DNA from: Camelus ferus
Lineage: Eukaryota
Assembly: GCF_009834535.1 (NCBI RefSeq)
Contig: NC_045696.1
Coordinates: forward strand, 23,128,001 to 23,192,000
DNA: 64,000 nucleotides
Reading direction: 5' to 3'
In this document: positions 11,645-24,989 of the stretch, piece by piece
Layout of the letters: each line of letters begins with the position of its first letter
How positions within the stretch are numbered: the stretch's first letter is position 1
Translations under genes and position numbers: made by a program
The notes under the pieces: model-generated
Databases searched by the model: none
Seen by the model: only the letters and a program-made list of their open reading frames with translations
What the model was told of the DNA's origin: nothing

Positions 11645-12240
11645 GGCAGTGGTGATTAAGCACACAGATTTTGGAATCAGATTATTCAGGCTCAAATACT
11701 GGCTCTTCCATTACTAGTGCTAAAAGATAAACTGAGGCATTTTAAAAATTTTAAGACTTTACTTGAATAAAAATAGATTTGACTGAATCAGGGAGCTCCG
11801 AACAGAAAGTTGTTAGGAGCATTCCATGGACATGAGCTAGGGAAAGACTTTTTTAGAGAAGGTACAGACGCAAAGAAAGGAGATTATTTGATTGGCTATG
11901 ACGGAAGCAGGTTGCTTTATTTGAGAAAGCTTAGGTGGCTGTTTGTGATTGGTTGTCCTTGGGTTTGAACTTCTTAACCTTGTGGCATTTCAGGCTTAGG
12001 TTTTGTTTGCTTACCTAGGCTTAAAGCCACCTTAGTCTAACGGTCTTCTTATTTAATTAATATAACACTAGCCATGTATCCTTAGCCATGTTACTTAATC
12101 TTGCCATTTCTTAGTTTCCTCATCTGAAGATAAAGGTGATGCTATTACCTAATACAGATTGTTGTGAAGATAAAGTTGGTTGAAAGATGTACAGCACTGA
12201 AAACAGTACTTGAAATATTGGAAGCTTATTATTCAAAGTA
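11645..12240 (+). mobile_element. MIR SINE split by an LTR insertion
   Basis: 5' part ends at ccattactag (11717); resumes at 12068 with ctagccatgtatcc and agtttcctcatctg. Confidence 0.85.
11718..12067 (-). mobile_element. ERV1-class solo LTR, MER31/MER67-like
   Basis: TG...CA termini; 350 bp; perfect 4-bp TSD CTAG at 11714-11717 and 12068-12071; resembles recalled MER4-group LTR reverse strand. Subfamily uncertain. Confidence 0.8.
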
Positions 12241-12332
12241 CTTACTTAGCTTCACATTTTCTGACTTATTACTATTATTTCAGTATTATTCTTTTTACTT
12301 TTATTTGTAGGATGAAACACTTATCTTTATGT

Positions 12333-12335
<3 letters not shown>

Positions 12336-12371
<36 letters not shown>
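12336..12371. repeat. (GT)18 microsatellite
   Basis: Read directly from the sequence. Confidence 0.97.
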
Positions 12372-12374
<3 letters not shown>

Positions 12375-13199
12375 TGGCATATGCTACTCAGTGTCTTGAA
12401 GGGTTAGCACTTAGGAATCCAAAATGCTTTCTTAAGTTCCAGGTGGGGTCTCTCTCTGTAATCAATACATCACCTCAGTTATGCCTGTATGTTCTTTGCT
12501 TGCAGTTTCAGAGAGTTGAATTTTGCTTAATGAGCCTCAGTGCTCTCTGGAAAGATCACTTATGCTAATAGGAATAAAAAGCATGAAATAGTGGGTAGTA
12601 GACCCAATACATCATATCTATGGCCCCCTAACAGATAGGACTCAGTAAGTGATTTCCAGTGTCCAGAAGAGAAAATTGCCAATCAGTAGCACAACAGATG
12701 GGAAGAGGTGAATGATGACATACCGATTAGCACACGTTCACTCTCCCTTCCACACATTCAAACACCAATGATTCAGGCTCGTTGGGCTGTATGTAACTCT
12801 TATTCAATTTTTTCTTTTTCTCTGAAATTTTAAATCTTAGAACATATAGACACACATCATAATTCTTTACACAAATGTTAAAAATACTGCTATAATTTAT
12901 AGCCACATAATTCCCTGCAGTATGACCATGCCCAAATTAAACCAGACAAAGCACTGTCTGGGCTTCATACTGCTTCTGATTACCACTACAGGAAAAAAGT
13001 TACATTTAGACAAAGTGAAAAAAAATAAGTTATGTCACTAAGTTGAAAGTGAGGCATTCTCTCCCACAGATCTTTGAATTTAATTAAACTCCTTGCCTTT
13101 AGGAATCTAATGTAAATCACATTATATGACAATAACATTGGCCCCTTCACTTCCCATGTACTTCAAAAAAATTCATAACTGAAAAATAATTTTAGCCCT

Positions 13200-13330
13200 C
13201 ATGTGATTTTCTTCTGTAATTTTGCAAATACATTTACCATCCCAAGACTAGAGTATGGAACCATGACCACTTAGTCCCCACAATCCAGAGTGATACATAT
13301 TCAGAAAGTATTTACCGATTGGGTGAATAA
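13200..13330 (+). mobile_element. Degenerate L2 3' end
   Basis: Ends with acatattcagaaagtatttaccgattgggtgaat. Confidence 0.4.
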
Positions 13331-16300
13331 GAGAACAAAAGCATGAGAGTCCTCAGAGAAACCTCAGCGGTCACTAACTTCTTACTAAAAACCAAGTGTT
13401 GCTATAGTAATGTCTACTATTGTGCTCCATATTTTATTTTTGTATTTGCTTTTCTTGTTGCATTTAGGTTCTTCATGAACCCTGCTTCATATTTTTACAT
13501 TACTCTATTATTCACAAAGCATGTATATATGAGGCACAGGTTTAGCTTATTAGGAGAAATCTAATATAAAAATGTTCATTTGTACATTTGAGATTTGTGT
13601 GCTGATTCAATCTGAGTTAACTGACAGTTTACTCTGTAAAATGTTTGGAAGCCTGCCCGTGCCCTTCATCTAATGTGCTTATTATTACTTCTCTCCCAGC
13701 TCCTTCCTGAGAGTCTCCGTATTTCACAGTAGATTAGAGAAGAGGGTCTGAGTAATCCAAGAGCAACATAACATCTTGGTAGAAGGTAGGATTTGACAGA
13801 AACAGAATCACTCATCAGTTCAGTGTTTTCCATTCAATAAAATTGCCATCACTAGCAAAAACTTTTTGGCAACATATCGTTGTGCTAAAATGTAACTTTT
13901 TTCTCGTTTTTCTTTTTTTCTTTTTTATATAAATGTAAAATATAAAATAAAAATTTTATTAGTTTATTTTTGTTTTATCTGAACAACACTTTCTTCTTGT
14001 ATGGGTGTTTTATATTTAGGATTTGTATTACCCACTCTTGCAGTCTTTCCCTTTGTCATAGCTTCAAGAGCCAACCTGTTTGTGTAAGTAATAGGAAATA
14101 GAAATGGAAACACTGACTTAATTTAAAATCTATGTCATCTTTGATTTTTACTGCAAATCTCTACAAATAAGGCAGCACAGTTTTTCCAGAGATAGAAGAG
14201 AGGGAGGATGTGACTACTTTTCAAATTTACAGTGTGCTTTATACACTAACATTTTATGAAAGATGCTAATGCGTGAGGTCACATCCCACTGAGGCAATAC
14301 AAAGATGATTAAAAAAGAGGATTTGGTTTTGTTAAAAAAAAAGGTTGGCGAAAAATTACCTTTGAATATCGGATTATCAACCTATTAAGTAGCACAAAGA
14401 GAAAAAGGAATAATACTGTTTCTTTAAAAAAGCTATGTATATAGTATTCTTGAGACTGAAAGGCCTATAAATATCTTAGCATAGAGGGTTTTCCCTTGCA
14501 AATCTTCAATTAAATTTGACTAGTAATTAATTAAATTATTTGCATATATTCTCATTTACCTTCAGCAATGGGAAAATACTCCCTGGTGAATACTTCTTGG
14601 TAACTATTAGTTTTTCCACTGTCTTGTCACAATAAAACAAAACAATGCATTTTATTAAAGTAAATCTTAGTGGTCAGAAAAAAGTTAATTTGGTTACAGT
14701 GAGTGGAACATTGTTTGACTCAGGCAGATATATATGTATATATTACACACATGCACACATACATACATGGGTGAAAAAACAGAGGTCTGTTGGACAATCT
14801 TTGGTGGATATCACAAACACATTTCAAGGGAAAAGATGACAGAGAGGTTATGGAGAAGGGAGGAGAAGAAACTGAGAGAAAAAGAGAAAAACAAAACTGT
14901 TTCTCAAATAGCCATTTTTGTCAGATCCCGTTTCCCCATTACATGTTTGGAATACTTGGATGTTTTTCTAAAGTCAAGTTGAGATTCTTACTACTTTGAT
15001 CTGTAGCCTCTTAAATATTAAAGGTTACTACTGAGGGAGATTCCACGTTACATGGCAAGCAAACCATTTAAAGAATTATTTTTGATAAAATATGCCTAAA
15101 ATTAAAAATTAATTAGAACACACATTAAAACTACAGGGATTTAGGATTATTACTGTTAAAATAATTTTTATGCTTCACATTTTTAATGACAAAATAATCT
15201 CATATCCCTAAATACTAATAGATACATTAAATATTAAAATAGAAATAGTATGCATTTACACGCAATATAATGTGTATGTTCAGTTGAACTGTAATAATTC
15301 TACCTAATAAGACTGATAAAGGAGAAAAAAAACCAAAAAAATAGAAATAATAAAATTCAGAAAATCCCACTCTACATTTAGGAAACAGCTCAAAAGTCAT
15401 CTTTCTCATTGATTGCTTGATTCTACTGTTCTTGCAGTTTAAAAATTATTTATAGTAAATTGCAGGTTTTATTTTGCTCTCTTCTGTCATTACATTACAA
15501 TGCCTCTAAAACTAAAAATCACAGTGTCTTTGATCGTGCTGCTAATGTCTTTTCCCAAGGCTTTTGTTTGGATAGGATGGAAGAACCAAACTGAAATTAA
15601 TCTCAAGAAAAAAATTAAAAGCAAAAATCAGGGTAGAGCCAAAAATAACATAAGCAGGTCCTCCTGCACTCAATCTTCCTTAAGTGTTCTGCCAGTGCCC
15701 TCTCCATGCGTATATTCAATTACTATCAAGGGACTGTAAATTATGAGACACATTTTGAGTGGTCTAATGTCCACTAGGGAAATGAAAGAGATGCTGCAAT
15801 GATTTCCATTTGCTCACTGACTTTGAACTCAAACTACCAATGGATCTCACTTGACTGAGTTTTCTCCTTGAAAGACTTGAATTTATATGTCATAAATAAA
15901 AAAGATATTACCTACAAGTATATAACATTTTTTCATATGGCTTTTCAGTTTGGTGAAGGAGAGTTTCACTATAATCCTCATACTTTAGTTATGACCAGTT
16001 AATGGCATTACAACCCTTGTCTTTCTCTGTATGAAGCTTGCAAAGGCTTTTCCATCTTTCTGCATGAGGAGTACATTCAGGGCTTTTGGGAATTGCATTA
16101 TGGAAAGCCCTGAAGTGGAGGGAGGGAAAAAAGAAGCTGCCAATCAGGCCCAAGGGTTTTGTTTATTCCAAAGATATTGTAAAGGGTAACCATCAGCCTT
16201 GCTGATGAGGCTTCTTGACTTGTCTCTTAGGAGACAATTAAGACCCAGCTGTTTGACTGCCTCTTCCATCCAGAGACCACAGGAAACGCTTCTGCAGCTA

Positions 16301-16671
16301 CCAGTTGGTCCAAAATATTATTCTGGTTCTAAATCTGATAATCCATAGGTCACAGGTCCATATACTTCTGGGACATGCAACATTTGAATCTCAAGATTTA
16401 ACACAGATATTGAATTATATTTTACATGTATATTCAATGCCCTCCTTGAGCTAAATTGAGAACTTTTGTGGAAGATATTCTAAATTCTTTGTTTTACATG
16501 CTAATGATTTTTTTTTAACAAAATCACCATTTTCTAAAATGATTATAAAAGAACTGCAATGAGGCTGAATGATCGTGAAGTTCAACATTACGGTTTTATA
16601 ACTGAGGATATTTGGAGTCATGAATTGTTTTACTCAGAGTTGCATTATGTTATGTTATGTTTCAATACCAG

Positions 16672-16771
16672 ATTTACTCTGATGAATAAATAATTTCTAA
16701 TTTCCTATCCACTAATCAGCCTATGATATTTACTCTGATGAGTAAGCAATTTTTACCTTCTTATCCACTAA
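16672..16771. repeat. Two-copy tandem duplication, period 56 bp
   Basis: ATTTACTCTGATGA...TATCCACTAA at 16672-16715 and 16728-16771. Confidence 0.85.
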
Positions 16772-19700
16772 GCTATCTATCATCAGCACTAAGAGTAGTC
16801 AAGAACACCTCAAGAGTATATTGGAATATTATTTATTCCTACCTGAAATTCAGGTGGTAACTTAAATAACTTTTTTTCTCAAAGTATTCACCAAAAACAA
16901 GTTGTCAGAATAATCAAGATTCAGAACTCAAATAAATTTAATCAATCTGGATAAGTATTTTACATAATTTTTTATTGATGGTGAAGCAATGGCTGATTTT
17001 ATAAATTGAATTAAGAACGTTTTTAGTTTGTAAAATAGTGATGCTTTATATTCAACACACAGCAACACAATCAGTTACTATTATCAATGACAAAATTCTT
17101 CTTTAATCTGTATAGAGCCTATCAATAAGGAGGGTGATCCTCTTTGAGAACCAACCTTCCCAGACTCATAAATAAATAGGGGTTCCCCATTTTTTTTTAA
17201 AATATTCCAATTCAGAGACTAATAAGACCATGAAAAAATTATGTTACTGTATTAATATAATCTTGTATTTCAATTCACCTGTGGAATAAAACAGGTCTTT
17301 ATCTTCCTGATGTTGTATTGGCATAGCCACTCCCCCTTTTTACCTTATTTTCCAAATGATGGTCATTTAATTTCTTTTATAATAGAGGAGAAACAAAACT
17401 CTTATACACAACAAAACTTGTTGTTTTGAAAATGTGAAGTTCTCATTTAAGAAGAAGCAGTTAAACATTTTTTTTTTTTGGACATCCTTCACTAAGTAGC
17501 TAAACTTTCTTATTTTAACCTTCATTACAATGATAGCTTTATACATTATAATGAATGAATTAAAAGACAGTTTTCTACTATAACTGCCTTCTGTATAACT
17601 CACGATGAAAATGATACATCATGAATTCTTTATAATTTTAGACTTAAGAATATAAAATGTAAGTTTTAAAATAATTTTAAACTGGTGTGCTAATTACTTA
17701 TATATCTTACTTATAAGATTTTGAATTTATATATTAAACAGTCATTTCAAATTGTCTTAAAAATGTTTAGTTTTCTTTGAAATTGAATACTGACAAAAAT
17801 TATGATACCTAGTAAATATTTGATTACCTTTGAAACTAAAATAGTTCCCATATTCAAAATTCCACTTGTAAATTAATATCAAATTTGATTCCAAAAACAT
17901 ACATTTGGATTCTAAAAACATAGTCTTTCTTAATATATTATTTTGAAGTTTGGATCTATTTCTTAGTTTAGACTAGGTTTAGACTAGAAATATTGTTAAC
18001 TAAAAAAAAGGTTATTCAAAACTAGACATTCTAATTACTGAGTTCAAATTTTATACAATGTACAAATACATATGATAAATGAGTATTTCAAACATGAATA
18101 TTTTATAAGTTGATGGCAGAGAAGATCACTGGAAATGATCAAAAATATTTAGCACTTTGATGTAAAATATATCACAATAACATGCCCTGCAACATTAAAC
18201 ACATCATTAAAGGACTGAATTCTGGGATCCTTCCAACGGTCTAACTGGCACTGTTCCTATTTTCTTCATTTATTTCAGCCACCTGAGAGTTCTCACCCAA
18301 ATCCCTGTGTCTAAGCATCTGAGATTAGACTCAATCTAGATTTGAACATTCTTATTATCACCTTTAGTTTATAGTGTTAATTGTGGTATTAATTTCCTAA
18401 ATTTACTTTTTTACATAAAGATGTGCTAACATACAGTGGTTTAAGAAAACCTAGGGGAAAAGACCTCATCTTAGGCTTATTTCCAGCTTCCTCCCCTTCC
18501 TCACACAATGATGGAAACACTATTTTCCTCAAGGTTACTCATTTATGCAAACATTATGAATACAGCATTAAACAAATAAAGGTATCATAAATTCCAACCT
18601 CTCTGTCAGAATTTGAGTTTCTGCTTACATTACATGAAGTTATAGGAAGACAGAGAACTATTAACTCAACAAGCTCAAAACCAAAAAGGAGAGAATGGTG
18701 ATCCAGAACCTTTCCTTTACTCAAGGAAACCTCTGACATCTTTAAATTATCAAGACGTTCTTCCAAGACTCCTTAGAATACACACTCTAATACTGGTTAG
18801 TGTCAACTGGATGGAAAAATAACACACTCTTAATTGTAATGACTCTTTACAACCTTTCTCCTTTCTAACACTCATCACATACAGGTGCATACTCTTAGGA
18901 ACATATTCAAGGCTGAGACTCAAGGGAGAGGCTCTTGCTTCCTTAAAATCTAGGTCCTACAAAATATTGTGTGCACTCTAGTGAGTTAGCCATTTGGATA
19001 CGAGGGAGATGACTCCATTGCTAAGGGCGATCTTTACATGACAAAGTGACAAGTGAGGGAGCATTGATTAGTTTTAAACAATGAATCTGTTTCACAAAAT
19101 TATCAGGGTGTTATCTGTATATAATTTACCTGGAATCTATCTATTATCTGAATCTAGATAATCTTTCATTTATTCATATATAAAATGTATTTATAAATGA
19201 CTATTCACATAGTAATCTTTTATTTATTTTATTACAACTCAAATCCTCTACCAAGTCAGCCAATGGTTATCACATTCCTCCACAATCGAAAGGGTATCTT
19301 CTTCACCTCCAGTTGACATGTATTTGTATATTAATCACATGATCTCAAGACAATGTTTTATTCATATTTCTCAAATGGGTAAACACAGCACAGTAAAATT
19401 CCAATAAAATGGAATAGTAGGGAATGGGAGGGATCGGGTGCCCAAACTAAAAACCTAATGCCCGAAAATTGATTAGGGTCAAAATGTTTTAAAAATTTTA
19501 GAACTATAAGAATCTACAAGAGGAAGATGTTTTTACAGAATTTTCAAGCTTTATGAGAGTTCATTCCTTCCTCCTATGCGCAACCATCTACTGAATGCAT
19601 ATGGTGTCAGGCATGGAGCTAGCATAAGTTCACTTACAGACACAATAAATAAAATAGTACTAAATATTTTTAAATTGCTTAATAGTGATACAGTCCAAGT

Positions 19701-20794
19701 GACAGCCAAGTACAGTTCAAAACATCAAGAAATAGACATCTGTGAAATATTTTAAACATTGCAGTCAGTAGCAGCAAGTTATATTAAAATACATATTTGT
19801 AAGCAAAATTCCTCTGATGTCCTTGAGATGCACATATAAAACACATTCCTGATGGATTCCATATGCTGCTCAACACTAATTACATACGTAGTTCTATTTA
19901 CACAAAACTATTTAAATAAGAAATTTCATTTGCATTAGATTACATTCGAGAAGCCAATGTTCATCTTCTTTCCTTTTATCCACTATGTAAGACACCACCA
20001 TTCTTCAAAGACAGATTCATTCGTAACACAAAAGGACCCTTAAAAGAAAATGTCTTTATTTCCTATCTCAAAAATGCAAAGTGGTATCAAAAGTCAGTAA
20101 ACTGTGCAATGCACATGATTAACGACCAAAGCAAGGGATAATTTTTGAAAAAAAAAGGTACACACAGAGTTAAATAAAATGCACAGTTTGGGCTTTTACT
20201 GTTAATGTAAATAAAATTTAAATTTAGGTTGAATATTACTCTTGATTCTATCAAATAGGACTTTCAAGTGAAAGGCTGCATTTCCTAGGTAACTGTAAAG
20301 ACTGAGTTTGCTTAGTTACAGCTGATGTCATCTATTGCTTTTTTAAAACACACATCTGTAAATCTTGGTTTTTAAGTAAATACTTTAATATAACTTGCCA
20401 TAATTGGTTATTTTATTATTTCTGCATCTTTTTAATCAATATTTTGAATTTAATGACTTAATTGGTAGACTTACTAATATAAAGTTCCAGAGTAACATAA
20501 AATACTAATAGTTGAGCGATTAAAACTTAAAGGAACAAAATTTATCATTCACAAAATCTCAATTCACTTGAATGCTAATTAAGTCATCAACAGTTTCTTT
20601 CTTTATAGATAACTGTACACATTTTTATTTCTTCTTATATAAACAAATATCATCTATAGTTTGTTTTTTCTTTTGACACATTTCACTATGTATGTTATCA
20701 CCTGTCTTCTTATGAGGAAGTACATTCACGTGGATATATATTGAAATATATACACATTCAAAACTGTACCACACATACACCCAAAGATATATTT

Positions 20795-20975
20795 AATAGA
20801 AACAGAAGATCTGGGTTCTCATTTCATTATGTAGCTCTAATACCTCAAATAGGACCAAAACACCTACAACCTCAGTTTTGCAAAGTGCATAAATGAAGGC
20901 TGCATATACCCTGCCTCCCTCACGTAGATTTTATGAACATTCAATAAGGTTTAGAAATAAGGTTATATGTAAATT
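20795..20975 (+). mobile_element. Diverged MIR
   Basis: agatctgggttct, cctcagttttg and cctgcctccctcac in MIR order. Confidence 0.55.
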
Positions 20976-21639
20976 CAACTAAATAATACTGAGCATATCT
21001 GTTAGCCCTGTGCTAACAGGAGGAAAAAGAAGGAAAATTTCTTGTAGTACTCTCAGCCATATACAAAAAATATGGTTTAAATTTACGGTTCTCTCTAACA
21101 TGATAATTGCAGGAGTGAAGTAGATAGCCTTTGCACTAGCTATATTTTCAGTTACAGAGAGCTGTTACAGAGGTGAGGGTTAAGATGGGGCAAGGAAAGA
21201 GGTTAAGCATGTGGGTTGAGAGGTTCTTCATATATACATTTCCAGCCTACTTGGGCAAGACTGCATTGGCTCAGGGATATTACAGATAGGATTGTGTTGC
21301 ACATAGGAAAGATAAGAAAGCAAGACTAAAAAAAGTAAAGTTTGAAAATTATATCAGACTGCATATCTAACTCAAAATGAATATAGAAAATTAACTTAAA
21401 TATTGTTCTAAATCTTATTGTTGTTTTTGATAGCTCCTTCACGTTAATATTTATTATAATCCATGTCAGATTATAGGACTATATAATAATGCACAGAATC
21501 TAGAATAGTATAAATACTTTTTCAAAACCTATTTTCCCCAATTGTCTATTTAATAAAACAGTATGACTACAAATGACAAATGGTTTTTTCCTTTATTTAT
21601 TTACTATTTCCTAAGCCTAATGATGATAATCAAGTTCAA

Positions 21640-22280
21640 TTTAAGGCTTTCAATACTCCCTACATGCTGACAAAATCCAAATACATATCCCTCTCTCCTA
21701 AATTCCAAACCTCAAATACAATGTCAACTAAACATTGCCATATATTTGAACAGTTCAAATTTGAATCACAATCTCCCCAAAACCTGGTCCAAGATGTCCA
21801 CTCTCAACTTACACGACTGTAACTACATTTGACATGATAAAATGTTCAGTCAGTTGCTCAGGCTAGATTTGGAGTCAACCCTAACGCTACCCAATGCATC
21901 AACAAAACCTTGGGCTTTATCTCCAAAATTTATTTCTCACTCCTCAACAACTCCACTACTAACAACCTGGGCCAATGTGCCACCATCTTACATGTTGTTT
22001 GTTGAACTGGCATTAAAACAGGTCATACAAGTTCCACCCTTGCTTCTTTCCCTGCTTCTTACTCTTAACTCAGAAGCTACAGAAAAGCTGTTAAAATGTA
22101 AATCATATCATGTCAGTTCTCTGCTCAAAACTTCTAATGGTGTACCAACTCATTCAGAATAAAACCCACATCCATAAAATGGGTGAAACCTTACATCACC
22201 TGCTACCTCTGACCTTCTGTTCTATTAGTCTTCCTTTTGCTTTCTTTGCTTCAACCTTAACTACTTTCTTGTATACTTGT
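21640..22280 (+). mobile_element. LINE L2 (L2a-like)
   Basis: cagttgctcaggct, aaaatgtaaatcatatcatgtca, tctgctcaaaacttctaatgg, cagaataaaaccca. Confidence 0.85.
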
Positions 22281-22451
22281 TAAGGCACTAGTATCAGTAT
22301 TCCAACCACAGTGCACAAGTATTTTTCTAAAATACACATCATTGTCAAATAATTTCTTCTTTAAAAAAAATCATTCTCCTCTAAAAAACAAATTCATTCT
22401 AGCATGCTTAATCAACAGTTAGGAATGCCTGCTCTGTAGTCAAATCAACTC

Positions 22452-22499
22452 CTTTTTTTTTTTTTTAATTGCAGTATAGTCAGCTTATAATGTTGTGTA
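22452..22499 (-). mobile_element. Extremely 5'-truncated young L1 (artiodactyl/camelid-type 3' end)
   Basis: T14 plus aattgcagtatagtcagcttataatgttgtgta, flanked by a perfect 14-bp TSD AGTCAAATCAACTC (22438-22451, 22500-22513); TT/AAGA endonuclease-type site. Confidence 0.85.
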
Positions 22500-23009
22500 A
22501 GTCAAATCAACTCTTAAAAGGAAATGCTAATAGTATCAATTTCAGAAGCTGAATTTCTGGATCCTGCAATTGTTTCTAAATGTAACTATCCAATAATAGA
22601 ACTTTTTAATTACTAGATTGATAGATTCTGTCCTGTTATTATTAAGTGATGTCATCAAAATTCTTCTGATTCTTTAAACAATAAAGTGTTATCAGCCATG
22701 TTGTTAAGATATTTCCAATTGAACTTATTTACATAGTCATTCTATTTAGAAGAGATGCAACAGAATCTTGTAAGAAAAAAGTAATAGAGATATTCTGAGA
22801 AATTCTGGAACAAATGAAATGAAGGCAATCTCTTATGTAAAATTTGGGAGCAGTTCTAAACAATCTAACCCATCAACTGGATATGAATCATACAAGCTAC
22901 AATTAAAAAGACAGTACCTAGAGTCAATTATCACATTGACTCTAGGATCTCTTTACACCTCAAGTCAAAAAACAAAGCTTCATTCTAAGGGTGATGGCAT
23001 CATGACAGT

Positions 23010-23375
23010 CACAAGCTTGATGAGAATGTCATTTGAGAAAGACCACTGTGTTGAAGTATGGAGAGTACATCAGAGAAGGCAAGGCTGAAAACAAGGAAAC
23101 AAACAAATAAAAAACAACAACAACAACAAAACCCCCAACTGTTTAGGTAATTCAGTAGAAAGATAATGGCCTAATGGAAAGGAGTCAAAGTAATAATAAA
23201 AAAAAATAGAAAAAATTAAGAGCTATTAGGAGTCAGATTCAATTGACATTAAATATAAACTAGGGACTTGAGAAAGAGGTCAAGGATGTTATCTAGGATT
23301 CAAACTTGGGCAACTACTGAGTTATAAATAATAGGAGAAAGAGCAGATTTGGGGGAAGGGTGATGAGTTCAAAAC
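23010..23375 (-). mobile_element. LINE L2 fragment with an internal (AAAC/CAA)n tract
   Basis: gaggtcaaggatg, ttgggcaact and ggagaaagagcagatttgggggaagggtgatgagttca. Confidence 0.7.
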
Positions 23376-24299
23376 TTCAGAACTTATGTAATGCAAGAAA
23401 AGGAGGAATTCATACCAAGTACAGAGCAGAAATTGTGTATAAGCATTAAACCAGCTGCATAGTGAGGAAGAACTTGAAGTATGTGTCCACTTAGGATAAT
23501 TGTATTGTTAAATATATAGTTCTTTTTCTTTGTTTTTTCACTTTCTTTGAAGAGAAGTTTTAACTATTCCAAATCAACTCTTTAATTCAACAGTTCTGTA
23601 ATTCAACGTCTCCTGAAATTTGCAGACTTAGTGGCTTGCAAGGTATCATCCAGAAACCACAGAGGTCCTAGAGGGGCTTGGCAAATATTTTATTTAAATT
23701 TTACACTTTGAAAAATAAACCTTGGAATGATTTTTAAATATTCTAACAATATGAATGTTTGCTCAAAGGTGATATTGGGGTGCTACCTTGATGACAAACT
23801 AACAAAGTGAGAAGTGCAGTTATGTTTGTAAACTCACTTTATGCAACTATCAGAGTAAAACCTCTGCTGTCATCTTAATACAACATGTGAATGTTTGGTA
23901 AATGTCTCATTAATTAGATGGCTGCATATCCACAATGATCTGTTTTTTGATATCAGACCACCATTAGCCTGTTTGTCTGCTGATATGGAACTGTACAAGC
24001 AAATATTCTCCCTTTCACCTGGATGCCAGGCAAGGCTCAGAGGCCTCTGCCTGGTGCTAGCAAGCATGATGGTATCATGGCATAATAATCATCTGAAGTG
24101 AACAAGGGACCTTATGAAAACCTTATTGAGCAGATTTAGTGTTTAATGTAAGATTTAAAAGGTTTTTTTCCTTGATTTTTAAGAAGTCAAATATAGTGCA
24201 TTATTTCATATCTTCTTGTTTCTCTTTTTTTTTTTTTCTGACCAGCGTATTTTTTCCATCCAATTGCTCTGAACAACAAACCAATCCTCTAGACAGAGA

Positions 24300-24671
24300 G
24301 AAGAGCATATGTCTCAGACCTCCTATTTCTCCTGACAATAACTGGCAGAAAGAAAAAAGGGTGGGCCAAAAAGGTAAGCAGAGCCATCAGGGTCTTTCCC
24401 TGTGACTGACAGGGATAAAGCCTACCTACTGTAGAAGAGAATGAGAACTTACGAAGTGAAGCAGAGACAGCAGAAATGAATAATGGAGACATAGACTGGG
24501 AAAGAACTGAGTCTCCAGTGCCATCTCATCTGAGAGTCAGGTCTTCCTCTAAATGTGTGACTTATTACAGCAAATTTCCCAACTCAGGGGTCCCTCAATT
24601 CACCTCTTTTGCTTAAGCTACTTTAAATGAGACGTCTCTCACTAAAGGTGAAAAGAGTTCTGACCAGTACA
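24300..24671 (+). mobile_element. ERVL-MaLR LTR, old MLT1 (I/J/K-like)
   Basis: 3' end ttttgcttaagctacttt...aaaagagttctgaccagtaca; 5' boundary uncertain. Confidence 0.6.
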
Positions 24672-24719
24672 TCAAATAACTAAAATTTAGAATCTCAAAG
24701 TTGAATTGTTATTAACCAG

Positions 24720-24965
24720 CAATAATCAACAGATATTTATTGGTGCCCAATAAAAATACACAAAACTTCAAAACACTTTTCAGGTGCCAACTCATTTAAT
24801 CCTCACAATTTTACAAGGAAAATACTTACATTACTCCCATTTAAATAATTAAGGAAACTGAGACACAAAGAGATTTTGTAATTCCTCAACAGCACACAAC
24901 TAATAAAAGGGAAATTTTTAATCTGGACTCAGACCCTTTGACTCCAGTGTCTAGACTCTTAACCT
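24720..24965 (-). mobile_element. MIR SINE
   Basis: actcatttaatcctcacaa, aggaaactgagacacaaagag, tgactccagtgtctagactcttaacc. Confidence 0.85.
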
Positions 24966-24989
24966 TGATTGACTCCCTCTCTTGACATG

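Noticed and set aside
16679..16742. Box C/D snoRNA-like TGATGA...CTGA
   Set aside because: Both boxes come from the tandem duplication; there is no terminal stem and no recognisable guide.
19944..20038. Minus-strand exon candidate with acceptor TTTTCTTTTAAG
   Set aside because: The donor AAT|GTAATC is weak and all frames are closed.
21043..21283. Possible old LTR (TG...CA)
   Set aside because: No clear TSD and no family I can assign.
21580..22162. 80-aa and 106-aa ORFs
   Set aside because: They lie within a decayed L2 element.
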